A DNA stretch of 57,062 nt from Chiloscyllium plagiosum (Eukaryota). Shown one piece after another: positions 1 to 13,500 of the stretch (position 1 is its first letter; each line of letters starts with the position of its first letter). The notes beneath the pieces were generated by a model. The model saw only the letters and a list, made by a program, of their open reading frames with translations, did not search any database and had not been told where the DNA came from. Location: assembly GCF_004010195.1 (NCBI RefSeq), contig NC_057755.1:7566769-7623830 (forward strand). The letters are read 5' to 3'. The translations under genes were made by a program, and so were the position numbers.

Positions 1-480
1 TCAACTTACATCCGACATCCAGACTACTGTTTGGGGGCCTGTAGATGACTCCCAAGAGGGTTTTTTTTACCCTTAGTATTTCGCAGCTCTATCCACACTG
101 ACTCTACATCCCCTGACTCTAGGTCCCCCTGTGCAAGGGACTGAATACCCTCCCTTACCAACAAGGCCACCCCACCCCCTCTGCCCATCAGTCTGTCCTT
201 ACGATAGCACGTGTAGCCTTTAATATTCATTTCCCAGGTCCTGTCCACTTGAAGCCACGTCTCAGTTATCCCCACAATATCGTATCTGCCAATTTCCAAA
301 AGAGCCTCAAGCTCATCCATCTTAGTTCTCATGCTTCGTGCATTCATGTATAGTATTTTTAATTTGTTACTGGTCTCACCCTTCCCATCAACCCCTATTT
401 CACTCAACTTTACAGCATGATCCCTTTCCGAGTTTTCTGCCTCATTGGTACAGTTGTCTTTCTTGACTTCTCTTGTTCTA
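1..480 (-). mobile_element. CR1 LINE fragment, ORF2 apurinic-endonuclease N-terminus
   Basis: ORF 24..407(-) contains LKILYMNARS...YDIVGITETW...YRKDR...GGGVALLVR...ESVWIEL, the typical CR1 APE motifs. Confidence 0.9.
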
Positions 481-1120
481 AGAGAATTGCCACACTACTC
501 AGACCCCTTGGCATCATGGTAGCCTACAAACCCATCAGAACAGCACCTAATGAACTTGAAAGACTCTGGACAGACAACAAGCAAAACTAATGTCATTTAC
601 AAAATACCGTGCAAGAGCTGTAAGAAACACTACATTGGTCAAACAGGCAGAAAACTAGCCACTCGGATACATGAACACCAATTAGCCACAAAACGACATG
701 ACCCTCTCTCACTAGTATCCTTACATACAAATAAGGAAGGACACCACTTCGACTGGGACAACACATCAATGTTAGGACAAGCCAAACAGGGACACACACG
801 AGAATGCTTCGAAGCATGTCATTCCAACAGCAACTCTATCAACAAACACATTGAGTTCGACCCCATCTACCACCCCTGATAAAAGAACAGGAAGTGACGT
901 CACCACAGGAAATGACAGAATCACAGGAAATAACATCACCGACCAAAGAAACCCAAACATATAAATAGAAAGCAGGAATCATGTATACTGCTTCGACTGA
1001 GGCCCACTGAAGATGTTATCTAGTAGGGTGACGAAACATCTGAAATTGAACATCCCAGCTCATGTAGCAAATCTACATTTAGAACCTCAACCTGAGCTAC
1101 AAATCTTCTAAAACTCGCTA
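481..1120 (+). mobile_element. Penelope-like element (Poseidon-type), 5'-truncated: GIY-YIG domain plus 3' pseudo-LTR
   Basis: ORF 550..879 VIYKIPCKSCKKHYIGQTGRKLATRIHEH (GIY-YIG); the tail is homologous to 32780-32975. Confidence 0.9.
1003..1044 (+). ncRNA. Minimal hammerhead ribozyme motif (decayed) in Poseidon-type pLTR
   Basis: CTGAAGA(1007-1013)-T-GTTATC...GGTGAC stem II-GAAAC(1033-1037)-ATC. Confidence 0.65.
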
Positions 1121-1649
1121 AGTTAATATATTATTGAAGTACCAGTTCTCAATTGTTCCAATATAGGAAGCATCCCATGAACACAACCTTCACCAAAAAT
1201 ACAATACAGTAAAATGTTTAATTGTCTCATGCATTGTCTCTCTTCAGTCGAAACAAAAGCAACAATCTGCCCTTTTTGATTTTTACAAGGAGTTCTCATT
1301 GTCCACGACTTCACTCTAGCAAGCGGGAACACGAGCATTTAGCTCAGCAGCTAGCAAAAACCTTCTCACTAACGACCAAACTAAAGACCTTCCTGCATCT
1401 GTTTGGCCCTGAGCCCACTATTAATTATTCTTCAGTGTTATTGTTTAAAAAAAAGCACTCAGGCAGAACTCAAAAGTTGTTTGCCAATGGCCTGTCTGAA
1501 GGAGGCAATTTGGTGCCACTGTGACAATATTTTTCTGAAAGAGAAGCAGCACACAAAGCATATAATCCGAACTCCAAGCATGTAAACATTTATTAGTACA
1601 GTCCAGGTCTGTCCATTTCTTTTCTCACTGAACACCTATAAATTCCTAC

Positions 1650-2503
1650 ATTAAAGTTGTGATGATGTGATAGCTATTATGTTCTCTCATCCTGCCACAT
1701 GTGTCATTTTCAAATGGACCGGTTGTGACTAAAGAATGTCATCCAGATAGTCTGGTACTCTTATTCTTAATATTTTCCTCAGTATACTCAGGATCAACTG
1801 AGACTCATAACTGGCAATCTAAATGTTGGAAACTTGCAACACTGAGACCAAACACAAGGTCTCTTTGTCAACGGTGGATTTTTTTTCAATAACATTCAAT
1901 TGTTTTTGCAAAGATACATAAAAGATCTCTTTATGCTCTTACCATCCTCTTGTAAGATGATAGTACCAACACTCATGTCACCCACATCAATGGACACCTT
2001 GAATGGTTTTGCATCATCATCACATAGTGGCCGTGGGAAACATAGATTTTAGCCCTTGAAATTCCTCCTCAGATTCATTCATCCACTGAAAATGTCTGCA
2101 CTTCTTCAAAAAGACAGTCCATGTAGCAACCACACTGTTAAAGTTTAATAATAAATTTCCAGCAAAGAAAAAGTAACTCAAGTTCAGGAATTATAGTACT
2201 AACATCTTTATGAACGGTATAGGGAAAACTTCAGTAAGATTTGTTTTCACATCCTAGTGGACGATCTATCCCTGTCCAGATGTATGACCAAAGAATGTGA
2301 CTTGGGTTTTTGTGAATTCATTCTTAGCCAGATCTATCACCTAACATGTCTCCTGACGTTGATTGAACAATTCTGCCAGATGCTCCAAATGTTCCTTCCA
2401 TCTGTGACCAAAAATCACCAGATGATCGATGTCCACCATATGATCGATTAATTCCAAAATTACTGAAATAGTTAATCTTTGAAATGTGGCTGTTGCACTT
2501 TTC
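1650..2503 (-). mobile_element. Degenerate Gypsy LTR-retrotransposon pol (RT C-terminal half and RNase H)
   Basis: Minus-strand translation across frameshifts: ATATFQRL...DIDHLVIFGHRWKEHLEHLAELF...DLAKNEF (RT, YIDD-equivalent), then DMSVGTIILQEDG...STVDKETLCLV...HVAG.ENII (RNase H), ending near 1652. Confidence 0.75.
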
Positions 2504-3460
2504 AAAGAACAAAAATATCAAAGAAAATGTCTAGCCCAGGAACAGGCCCTTCGGCCCTCCAAGCTTGAGCCAACCAAATGTACTGTCAAACCCTGTTGGT
2601 CAATTCCTAAGCATTGGATCCCTCTGCTCCCAACTACTCATGCATCTGTCCAGAGGCATCTTAAATTAATCTACTGTGCCTGCCTCTACCACCTCTGCAG
2701 GCAACGCGTTCCAAACGCCCACTACCCTCTGTGTGAAGTACTTGCCGCGTGTATCTCCCTTAAACTTTCCACTTCTCATCTTGAAAGCGTGACCTCTCAT
2801 TATTGAATCCTTCACGCTGGGAAAACGCTTGTTTCTATCCTCTCTGTCTACACCTTTAATGATTTTGTAAACCTCAGTCAGGTCCCCCCTCCTTCTTTCT
2901 AGTGAAAATAAACCTAACCTACTCAACCTCTATTCATAGCTAGCACCTTCCATACCAGGCAACATCCTCGTAAACCTTCTCTGCACCCTCTCCAAAGTGC
3001 ACACATCCTTTTGGTAATGTGGCGACCAGAATTGTACACAGTATTCTCAATGCGGCCGAACCAATGTCCTGTACAATTTAAACATGACTTGCCAGCTCTT
3101 ATACTCAATACCCCTCCAATGAAGCCAAACATACTATATGCCTTCTTGACTACTCTATCTACTTGTGCAGCAACCTTCAGGGTACAATGGACCTGCACTC
3201 CCAGATCTCTCTGCCCATGAACTTTTCCCAAGGCTGTTCCGTTCATTGTATAATTCGCTCTGGAAACAGACTTGCCTAAATGCATCATCTCACATGTGTC
3301 AGGACTGAAATCCATCTGCCACTTTTCCACCCAACTCTCCAGTCTATCTATACCTTTTGTATTCTTTGATAGTCTCTTATGATTTCTGCTACTCCACCAA
3401 TCGTCGTGTCATCTGTAAACTTTCTGCTACTCCAACAATCTTTGTGTCATCTGCAATTTT
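2504..3460 (-). mobile_element. CR1 LINE 3' fragment inserted into the Gypsy RT
   Basis: ORFs 2923..3330(-) WQMDFSPDTCEMMHLG...RDLGV and 2666..2926(-) LGLFSLERRRGDL...TRG...FTQRVVGVWNALP. Confidence 0.9.
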
Positions 3461-4015
3461 CATATCAAATTGCTAGACTTTAAACTGGCAAAGTCCATTT
3501 GGTGACATGAAAGCTGTAATATCATTCGCTATCTAGAGTTAAGTCTGTAAGGATGTTGTTTCGTTGGAAAATCACTTCCTATATCTACTTCATGCACAAT
3601 TTCTCTAGTACTTCCCAGTTTAATGCCACAGAGGGAGCCATGGGATTGTCTTAGCTCCTTTTGGTCATGTTGATTTTCCTATGGAGCTTAACACAACAAT
3701 TTATTCCAGTTTCTGAGAACTTCCTTATTGCCTAAATCCACGAATGCCAAAATCGGTATCTTCTGAGTTTGGTTCTTCACGTTGTGTTATAAAAATTAAC
3801 ATATTTTCCATTTGGTATTCTTCCCCATCAAAATACATTTGAGCAAAATCACGTAACAAACTCTGTGTGAGTTTCCCTTCTATGTTGCGTTCTAATCAAA
3901 TAATTGACCTCACTCAGTTTTCTTTAAATTTGATAAAGCCCACTAGACCTTGCTTTAAAACTGGAAGTAACTCTAATACTTCAACTCCATGAGCAAAATT
4001 GAGACTTTTTGACAG
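3461..4015 (-). mobile_element. Same Gypsy element: integrase C-terminal GPY/F module, linker and RT N-terminus
   Basis: Minus translation: FAHGVEVLELLPV..KARSSGLYQI*RKLSEVNYLI (GPY/F-like), then HEVDIGSDFPTKQHPYRLN and TAFMSPNGLCQFKV (RT). Confidence 0.7.
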
Positions 4016-5552
4016 TGTGAGCTGTGACAAGAGGTAAAAAAAAATATTACTGCCAAAAAAGCCAAATGCACAAATCAAATGGGATCATCCTGCTCAAATC
4101 TGGCAGATTGACTATGATGGCTCATTACTATTACAACAGTTACAGTGTCTGCTAACCATGGTGGACACTTGCAGTGGGCTAACATTAGTTTTCCCAACGA
4201 CCAAAACAAATCGGAATAACACTGTTCAGGGACTAGAACAGTTGATATTCTACTATAGTGAACCATCAGAAATACGACCGGACACTGCCTCACACTTTTC
4301 TGGTCAACAGGTGTAACAATGGGCTGAAGACAGTGGGATCCATTAGATGTTCCACATTCCTTATTACCCTCAAACCACTGACCTTGTAGAACCATGTGAC
4401 TTTAGAACGGATGGAAGCTGCTGCGAATGATTTGTCATTTGGCAACTGCTGTACCCAATCTCACGAAATAGGCCACTGTGGTCATTAATCTGATGATATA
4501 CCCTATTTTTATATTATTCATGTTGATGATGGTTAATTTTATTGCCATTTTTAATTTTCTGGTGTAGGTTATAAAATCTCACTATACATTCTCGTGCAGC
4601 TATCACTGATTTGCAATTGTAACGTGCACTGTCAACTATCATCAACAGTTCCATTGCGTTAAGGACTTAGATGGCGTGGAATTTGTTAAATACATTCAGG
4701 AAACCTTCGTCATGTAGAGGGTTCAACTCGGGAAGGGGAAAAACTCGAAAATAAGCAGGGAAAGGTAACGATGACATTGAATGATTCATGTGAACATTCC
4801 TTAAAGGGCTGAAGATAGCACCTGCAATTTGGATTTGTTCTGAAGCTGTTTTCTGTGTTGGCTGTTTTTTACACTGTATGAGAGACAGAGACTGTTTTAT
4901 TTCAAAAGTTGGACTTTACCTTATGCCAGGATGAGGAAAGGTGCCAGGACCAAAGCTAATCCTGCAGGTGAGCCATCGATTGAGAGGACCCCGATGGGCA
5001 GCAGCGTCTGCGACTTGTTGCTTTTCATTTATTTTCCTTTTACTACTCTGACTAAGATCATTATTATTACTTAATAAGAGCCACGAGGTGACATGAGAAG
5101 TTGTTGGTGGATAGGATCAAGGGTGTCTATAGGTATATTGGGAATAAAATAATGTCTGGAGTAAGATTAGGGGCAATCAAATACAGCAGTTAGAAGTTCT
5201 GCATGATGTCAGAGGAGATAGGGGAAGTGCTAAGTGAATACTTTTCACAATTAGAAAAAGACAACGTTGCTGAGAAAACTACTGAGATATTGGGTACGAG
5301 ACTAGACGGGATTGAGGTTCACAAGGCAGAGGTGTTAGCAATTCTGGAGAGTGTAAAAATAGATAAGACCCCTGGGCCAGATGGGATTTATCCCCGAATT
5401 CTGTGGGAAGTCAGAGAGGAGATTGCTGAACCTTTGGTTTTGATCTTTATGTCGTCATTGTCTACAGGAATAGTGCCAGAAGACTGGAGGATAGAAATGT
5501 TGTCCCCTTGTTCTAGAAGGGGAGTAGAGACAACCCAGGTAATTATAGAACA

Positions 5553-7147
5553 AAGTTAAACATCACACACCACCAGATTATAGACCAAGACGTGTATTTG
5601 GAAGCACAACTTTCATGCTCCTTCATTTGGTGGTTGTGGAGTATAAAATCATAGGGCACAGAATTTATAGCAAAAGTCTACAGTGTGTTGTAACTGAAAT
5701 TATATATTGAAAAAGACCTGGATTGTTTGTTAAGTCTCTCAACCTTTAGAATGACCATGTTGGTTTCAGTTCTTTCATATGTAAATTCACGAGCTTATTT
5801 AAAGTTGCATTCTCAAGTGAGATTCAACAATAGGTTTAGTGTCAGCCCAGATAATGCATTGAAGGTGCGACGTGTCAGTGTGAGGCTGTCTGTGCCCCAA
5901 TGTTAAGACTGATTCTAATGTAAAAAAGGGATTGACAGAATCTTACATGGATTCATTCAGTTTTTGAGCAAAGTAAAGTTTAATTCTACACGTACAAATT
6001 CACCCCACAAATTTATATGTGTGTGTTTGCATGTGGATGTGTGTACGTGGTGGGGGAGCTATGCATGTCTATGAGAGAGTATATGTGAGTGTGAGAGTGT
6101 ATGTGTGAGTGTATGAGAGAGAGCTTGTGCGAGAGTGTATGGGTCTGTAGGTGTGTGTGTCTGTGTGTGTGCACGTGCATGTGTGTATGTCTATGTGCGC
6201 GGACGTGCAGTACATGTACCCAAGTCCCATTTGAGGCCATCCCCATCAGTACCGAACTTGGCTATCAGCCTCTGCTCGGCCACTTTGCGTTTGCTTGTCC
6301 TGAAGTCCGCCTTGGAGGATGGTCACCCGATTGTCCGAGGTCGAATGTCCCAGACCGCTGAAGTTTTCTCGGACTCGGAGAAAACCCTCCTCTCTGTTGA
6401 TTGTTCTGCGGTGTCCATTCATCAGTTGCCGTAGCCTCTGCTTGGTCTCGCCAATGTACCATGCCTCTCGGCATCCTTGTCTGCAGCATATGAGATAGAC
6501 AACGTTGGCTGGGTCACATGAGTACCTGCCACGTACATGGTGGGAGGTGTCTCCACGCATAATGGTGGTATCCGAGTTGACATTCTGACACATCTTGCAG
6601 CATCTATCGTGATGAGGTTGTATGGTATTGTCCTGAAAGTGGGACATTTTACTGCGAACAATGAACTATTTGAGGTTTGGTAGTTGTTTGAAGGCGAGAA
6701 GTGGAGGTGTGGGGAAAATCTTAGTGAGGAGTCCTGCTAAGATTGATAATGTGTTGCAGGCAGAAGAACGTGACATAGTTTTTCAGCTCCTGGAAATTAC
6801 TGGACAACAAATGGTACCCTGTCGGTTGCAGCTTGTGTGTATCTCCTGAGGAGGTCATTACAGTTTCGTGCTGTGGCAGGTCGGAACTGGTGGTTGATGA
6901 GTTGAGCATTGTATCCATTCTTATGAGAGTATCCTTGAGTACTTTGAAGTGCCCGTGATATTCCTCCTCAACTGAACAGATCCTATGCATGCGTAAGGCT
7001 TGTCCATAGGGGATGGTAGTTTTAATATGTTTCCGGTGGAAGCTGAAGAATTGCAGCATGGTGAGGCTATTTGTGGGTTTGCGGTAGAGTGAGGTGCTGA
7101 GGTGCATTCCTTAATAGTGATGCCTGTGTCCAAGAATGAGACAGATA
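5553..7147 (-). mobile_element. Penelope-like element (Neptune-type, family 2), 5'-truncated
   Basis: ORF 6721..7107(-) STSLYRKPT...IPYGQALRMHRICS (RT thumb); ORF 6246..6647(-) Cys-rich linker plus NVVYLICCRQGCREAWYIGETKQRL (GIY-YIG); (CA)-rich tract; tail homologous to 55270-55497. Confidence 0.85.
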
Positions 7148-7303
7148 CTAGATTAGATTCCCTACAGTGTGGGAACAAGCCCTTTGACCCAACAAGTCCA
7201 CACTGACCCTCCAAAGAGTCACCCACCCTCCCTAAACTAAAGCATCTAACACCATGGGAGATTTAGAATGGCCAATTCACCTGACCTGCAATTCACCTGA
7301 CCT
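7148..7303 (-). mobile_element. HE1-type V-SINE 3' fragment
   Basis: Reverse complement of the tail seen in + copies (gggcctgtttccacactgtagggaatctaatc). Confidence 0.8.
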
Positions 7304-7416
7304 ACTAGAGATAAAGTATTGGAAAGGGTTATAAGAGATAGGATTTATAATCATCTAGAAAGGAACAAGTCGATTAGGGCCAGTCCACACGGTTTGTGAA
7401 GGGTTGTGCCTCATAA

Positions 7417-7546
7417 TTTTCCTCATTCCTGATGAAGGGCTTTTACCTGAAATGCCGATTTTCCTGCTCCTCGGACCTGCTGTGCATTTCCGGTACCACT
7501 CTCATCTCGACTCTGATCTCCAGAATCCCCAATCCTCACTTTCGTC
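7417..7546 (+). mobile_element. Short Neptune pLTR-tail insert with decayed hammerhead
   Basis: CTGATGAAGGGC...TGAAATGCC; flanked by 12-bp TSD tgtgcctcataa (7405-7416, 7547-7558). Confidence 0.8.
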
Positions 7547-9029
7547 TGTGCCTCATAAACCTTATTGAGTTCTTTGAAAAGGTGACCAAACAGGTGGATG
7601 AGAGTAAAATGGTTGATGGGGTGATTATGGATTTCAGTAAGGCATTTGATAAGGCTCCTCATGATATGCTATTGCACAAAATATGGAAGCATGGGATTGA
7701 GGGTGATTTAGCAGTTTGGATCAGAAATTGGTTAGCTATGAAAAGAGAGAGGGTGGTGGTTGATGGGGAATATTCACCCAGCCGTTCAGTTACTAGTGGT
7801 GTACTGCAAGGATCTGTTTTAGGTCCACTGCTGTTTGACATTGTTATAAATGACCCGTATGTGGGTGTAAAAGGGTGGGTTAGTAAATGTGCGGATAACA
7901 CTAAGGTCAGCAGAGTGTGGATAATGCGGAAGGATGTTAGAGGTTACAGAGGGACGTAGATGAGCTGCAGAGCTGAGCTGAGAGGTGGCAAATGGAGTTC
8001 AATGTGGAAAGGTGTAAGCTGATGCACTTTGGAAGGAGTAATACGAATGCAGAGTACTAGGCTAATGGTAGGATTCTTGGTAGTGTAGATGAGCATAGAG
8101 ATCCCGATGTCCATCCTTGAAAGTTACCTCCTGGGTTGATAGGGATGTTAAGAAGTCATACGGTGTGTTCGCTTTTATTAATAGAGGGATTGAGTTTCGA
8201 AACCATGAGGTCATGCTGCAGCTGCAGAAAACTCTGGAGCCGCTGCACTTGGAGTATTGCTTATAGTTCTGGTCACCGCATTATGGGAAGGATGTGGAAA
8301 CTTTGGAAAGGGTTCAGAGGAGAGTTACTAAGATGTTGTCTGGTGTGAAGGGAAGGTCTTACGAGGAAAGGCTGAGGGACTTGAGGCTGTTTTCATTAGA
8401 GAGAAGAAGGTTGAGAGGTGAATTATTTGAGACATATAAGATAATCAGAGGGTTAGATGAGGTGGACAGTGAGAACCTTTTTCCTTGCATGGCGATGGAT
8501 AGCACGTGGGGACAGAGCTTTAAATTGAGGGGTGATAAATACAGGACAGATGCCAGAGGTAGTTTCTTTACTCAGAGAGTAGCAGGGGTGTGGAACGCTC
8601 TGCCCTCAACGGTAGTGGATTCGCCAACTTTCATGGCATTCAAATAATCATTGGATAGGCATAAGGACAAGAATGGATTAGTGTAGGTTAGATGAGTTTC
8701 AAATTGGCTTCAAAGGTTAGCACAACATCGAGGGCTGAAGGGCCTGTTCTGTGCTGGAATATTCTATGTTAATAAACACCCACACTTAAGTAAATTGTTA
8801 TTGTCAAATCTTCTCTTAACCATGTTTAGCCATTTGGTACACACTGTGATCGAAGACACTTTTGATTTCTACAATTGTGTAAGCAGTTCAGAATGCTGGT
8901 AGGCAAAACCTTTCCTTCTACCTTTTATTCAGACACAAGCTTAGAATTGTGGCTAAAGTAGGCCTGACAAAATTGTCCTTAATTTTAATGCTTATAAGTT
9001 TAGAACTGTCTGTGTACAAGCACCTCATT

Positions 9030-10160
9030 TTGAGTCAGAGAGTCATAGAGATGTACCGCATGGAAAAAGACCCTTCATCCAACCCGTCCATGCCGATCAG
9101 ATATCCCAACCCAATCTAGTCCCACCTGCCAGCACCCGGTCCATATCCCTCCAAAACCATTCCCATTTATATACCCATCCAAAAGCCTTTTAAATGTTGC
9201 AATTGTACCAGCCTCCACCATTTCCTCTGGCAGCTCATTCCATACACGTACCACCCTCTGTGTGAAAAAGTTGCCCCTTAGGTCTCTTTTATATCTTTCC
9301 TCTCTCACTGGAAACCTATGCCCTCTAGTTCTGGACTCCCTCACCCTAGGGAAAAGACTTTGTCTATTGATCCTATCCATGTCCCTCATTGTTTTGAAAA
9401 CCTCTGTAAGGTCACCCCTCAGCCTCCGATGCTCCAGGGAAAACAGCCCCAGCCTGTTCAGCCTCTCCCTATAGAAAAAATCCTCCAACCTGGCAACATC
9501 TTTGTTAATCTTTTCTGAACCCATTCAAGTTTCACAACACCTTTCTGATAGGAAAGTGACCAGAATTGCACGCAATATTCCAACAGTGGCTGAACCAATG
9601 TCCTGTACAGCCGCAACATGACCTCCCAACTCCTGTACTCAATACTGTGACGAATAAAGGAAAGCATACCAAACGCCTTCTTCACTATCCTATCTACCTG
9701 CGACTCCACTTTCAAGGAGCTATGAATCAGCACTCCAAAGTCTCTTTATTCAGCAACCCTTCCTAGGACCTTACCATTAAATGTATAAGTCCTGCTAAGA
9801 TTTGCTTTCCCAAAATGCAGCTCCTCACATTTATCTGAATTAAATTTGATCTGTCACTTCACAGTCCTTTGGCTCATCTGATCAAGATCCTGTTGTAATC
9901 TGAGGTAACCCTCTTCGCTGTCCACTACACCTCCAATTTTGGTCTCATCTGCAAACTTACTAACTGTACCTCTTATGCGCACATCGAAATCATTTATGTA
10001 AATGACAAAAAGTAGAGGACCCAGCACCGATCCTTGTGGCACTGCACTGGTCACAGGCCTCCAGTCTGAAAAACAACCCTCCACCACCACCCTCTGTCTT
10101 CTACCTTTGAGCCAGTTCTGTATCTAAATATCCAGTTCTCCCTATATTCCGTGAGTATAT
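9030..10160 (-). mobile_element. CR1 (HER1-like) LINE 3' portion
   Basis: ORF 9854..10090(-) VPQGSVLGPLLFVIYIND...FADETK; ORFs 9458..9733 and 9075..9524(-) CR1 C-terminus. Confidence 0.9.
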
Positions 10161-10503
10161 CGACATGGAGACAAGTCATACTGCGAACATCAGTATGTAA
10201 CTGTCAAATCCTTTTGGTCATCTTGTGTTAGATAAACATGCCCCAAGGGGTTACCTTGTTGACATTGTCGTGGGCCTCTGCAGCACCTCCAACCGCCCAA
10301 ATCTAGATGGATTCACAATTAGCAATGCAGGTTTATGGTGATGGAGTAAGGGAGTGGGTTAATTTTCAGAGAACCCGACGTGGACTTTATGGGCTGCTGA
10401 AGCAGGCCATTTAGTCCAACAAGTCCACACCAACCCTCCAAAGAGCATCCCACCCAGTCCCATTCCCCAAGCCTATTACTCTGCATTACTTCGGGCTAAA
10501 ACA

Positions 10504-13500
10504 GAAAATGTGTTGCTGGAAAAGCACAGCAGGTCAGGCAGCATCCAAGGAGCAGGAGAATCAACGTTTCGGGCATGAGCCCTTCTTCAGGAATGAGGAG
10601 GGTGTGCGAAGCAGGCTAAGATAAAAGGTAGGGAGGAGGGACTTGGGGGAGGGGCGTTGGAAATGCGATAGGTGGAAGGAGGTTAAGGTGAGGGTGATTG
10701 GCCGGAGTGGGGGTGGGTGCCCGAATCCGCAGACTCAGCACCGCCTTCTTGACCTGCAATCTTCTTCCTGACCTCTCCGCCCCACCCCCTTTCCGGCCTA
10801 TCACCCTCACCTATCGCATTCCCAGTGCCCCTCCCCCAAGTCCCTCCTCCCTATCTTTTATCTTAGTCTGCTTGGCACACCCTCCTCATTCCTGAAGAAG
10901 GGCTCATGCCCGAAACGTCGATTCTTCTGCTCCTTGGATGCTGCCTGACCTGCTGCGCTTTTCCAGCAACACATTTTCAGCTCTGTTCCCCAGCATCTGC
11001 AGTCTTTACTTTCTCCGAGAAGATTTTAACCTATTGCGAATCCTCTTGCAAGGATGCCTTCTTTGAAGAAGCTCTCTTCCTCCCTCTACAAGGATTTCAG
11101 TGAGTCCCTCTCTCACTGCACACCCCAGGTCATCTCCTCTGCCCCGAAGCTCTTCAGCCACATTCTCAAACAGACTCACTACTACAACCACATCTCCTTC
11201 CTCAGCACCTGCCTATGGAACCGACTGACCCCGCACGGACTCCGGACTACATTCAGACCAACAAAACTTGGACCCAACCAGGACAACCAGTACCCACAAC
11301 AAATCCGAAGCCTCCAACAACAGACCTCCCTCCGGATCCTCCGCTCCACGTTTGCAGCCATGCGCCGCTACCTACATTCCCTGCAATTAGACCTACCCCA
11401 GTTCAGGTCAACACTCTCACAGACCTGTAAAGGACCTCTACTGTTCTTCATCCACAGAAGGATCCATAAACTAAACAAACAGTTCTTCCTAGCCATATCA
11501 GAAATTAAAGACAGTAAGTACCAAAAACTTTCATAGTCTTACCCCAACACTCCAGATTCCTCAACCATTCCAGAATCTTCCATCGGCCTCCGGTATCAAT
11601 CAGGCGGCATTAACCATGCCGCCGGTGCAGCAACCGCCACCGTGGACAATGACGTCACTTCCGCCCCCACCGACCATACAGCCTCCACGATCACCGCCTA
11701 GAAAACTGTCTCCACGATCGCCAGGAAGACCATCGCCGACAGATTTGCGGCCTCCGCGGGGCCCATGGCCATCGGGAACACTGTTTCTGCCATCGCCGCA
11801 GCCACTTCCGTCCCAGTGACATCACTCGCCGCATGCGTCTCCGTCTCCACGCTGATCTCCATCACGAGTTCAACACGCGGCGTGACATTGAACAATTCTT
11901 CCGCTGCCTTCACCTCCGCGCCTACTTCTTCAACCAAGATTCCCGCCCACCCTCTGACGACCCCTTCTCCCACCTCCAACACACCCCATCCACCTGGACA
12001 CCCCGTGCTGGCCTCTTACCCGCCTTCGATCTCTTCATAGCCAACTGCCGCCGCGACATTAACCACCTCAACCTGTCCACCCCGCTCACCCACTCCAACC
12101 TCTCACCCTCGGAATGTGCAGCCCTCCACTCCCTCCGTTCCAACAACAACCTCACTATCAAACCGGCAGACAAGGGAAGCACGGTAGTAGTTTGGCGCAC
12201 CGATCTTAATATTGCTGTGGCTAAATGCCAGCTTGTGGACACCTCCTCCTACTGCCCCTTTGACCATGACCCCACCTCCCACTACCAAACCATCATCTCC
12301 CAGACCATCCATAACCTCATCACCTCATGGGATCTCCCATCCACCACCTCCAACCTCATAGTCCCACAACCCCGCACCACCCGTTTCTACCTCCTGCCCA
12401 AAATCCACAAACCTGACTGCCCCGGCCGACCCATTGTCTCAGCTTGCTCCTGCCCCACCGAATTCATCTCTGCAACCCCTTAGTCCAAGAACTCCCCACC
12501 TACGTTCGGGACACCACCCACGCCCTCCATCTCCTCCATGATTTTCGCTTCCCCGGTCCCCAACGCCTTATCTTCATCAGGTCCCTGTACACCTCCATCC
12601 CCCATTACGAAATCTCAAAGCCCTCCGCTTCTTCCTTTCCCGCCGAACCAACCAGTACCCTTCCACTGACATCCTCCTTCGACTAACTGAACTGGTCCTC
12701 ACCCTGAACAACTTCTCTTTCCAATTCTCCCACTTCCTCCAAACCAAAGGTGTAACCATGGGCACCCGCATGGGCCCCAGCTATGCCTGCCTCTTCGTTG
12801 GATATGTAGGACAGTCAATCTTCCGCAGCTACACTGGCATCATCCCCCACCTTTTCCTCCACTACATCGATGACTGTATCGGCGCTGCCTCGTGCTCCCA
12901 CGAGGAGGTTAAACAATTCATCCACTTTACCAACACCTTCCACCTTGACCTCAAATTCACCTGGACCGTCTCAGACTCCCCGCTCCCCCTTCCTCGACCT
13001 CTCCATTTTTATCTCGGGCGATCGAATCAACACGGACATTTACTATAAACCGACCGACTCCCACAGCTACCTAGACTACACCTCCTCCCTCCCTGCCCCC
13101 TGTAAAAACGTTCTTCAAAGACCGCAATTTCCTCCCAGACGTGATTGATGATGCTCTCCACTGCATCTCCTCCACTTCCTGCTTCTCCGCCCTTGAGCCC
13201 CGCCCCTCCAATCACCAACAGGGCAGAACCACACTGGTCCTCACCTACCACCCGACCAACCTCCATACACATTGTATGATCCGTCGTCATTTCCGCCACC
13301 TCCAAATGGACCCCACCACCAAGGATATATTTCCCTCCCCTCCCCTATCAGCGTTCCAAAAAGACCACTCCCTCCGTGACTCACTCGTCAGTTCCACATC
13401 CCCCACCAACCCAACCTCCGCTCCCAGCACCTTCCCCTGCAACTGCAAGAAATGCAAAACTTGCGCCCACACCTTCCCCTTACTTCCCTCCAAGGCCCCA

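Larger units (their letters stand above)
5090..8770 (+). mobile_element. CR1 LINE ORF2 (RT) to 3' end, interrupted by a PLE (5553-7147), an HE1 SINE and a PLE tail
   Basis: ORF 5203..5559 KTPGPDGIYPRILWE...VPEDWR; ORF 7432..7959 DFSKAFDK...SGVLQGSVLGPLLF; ORF 8294..8647 C-terminus; 3' tail near 8740-8770. Confidence 0.9.
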
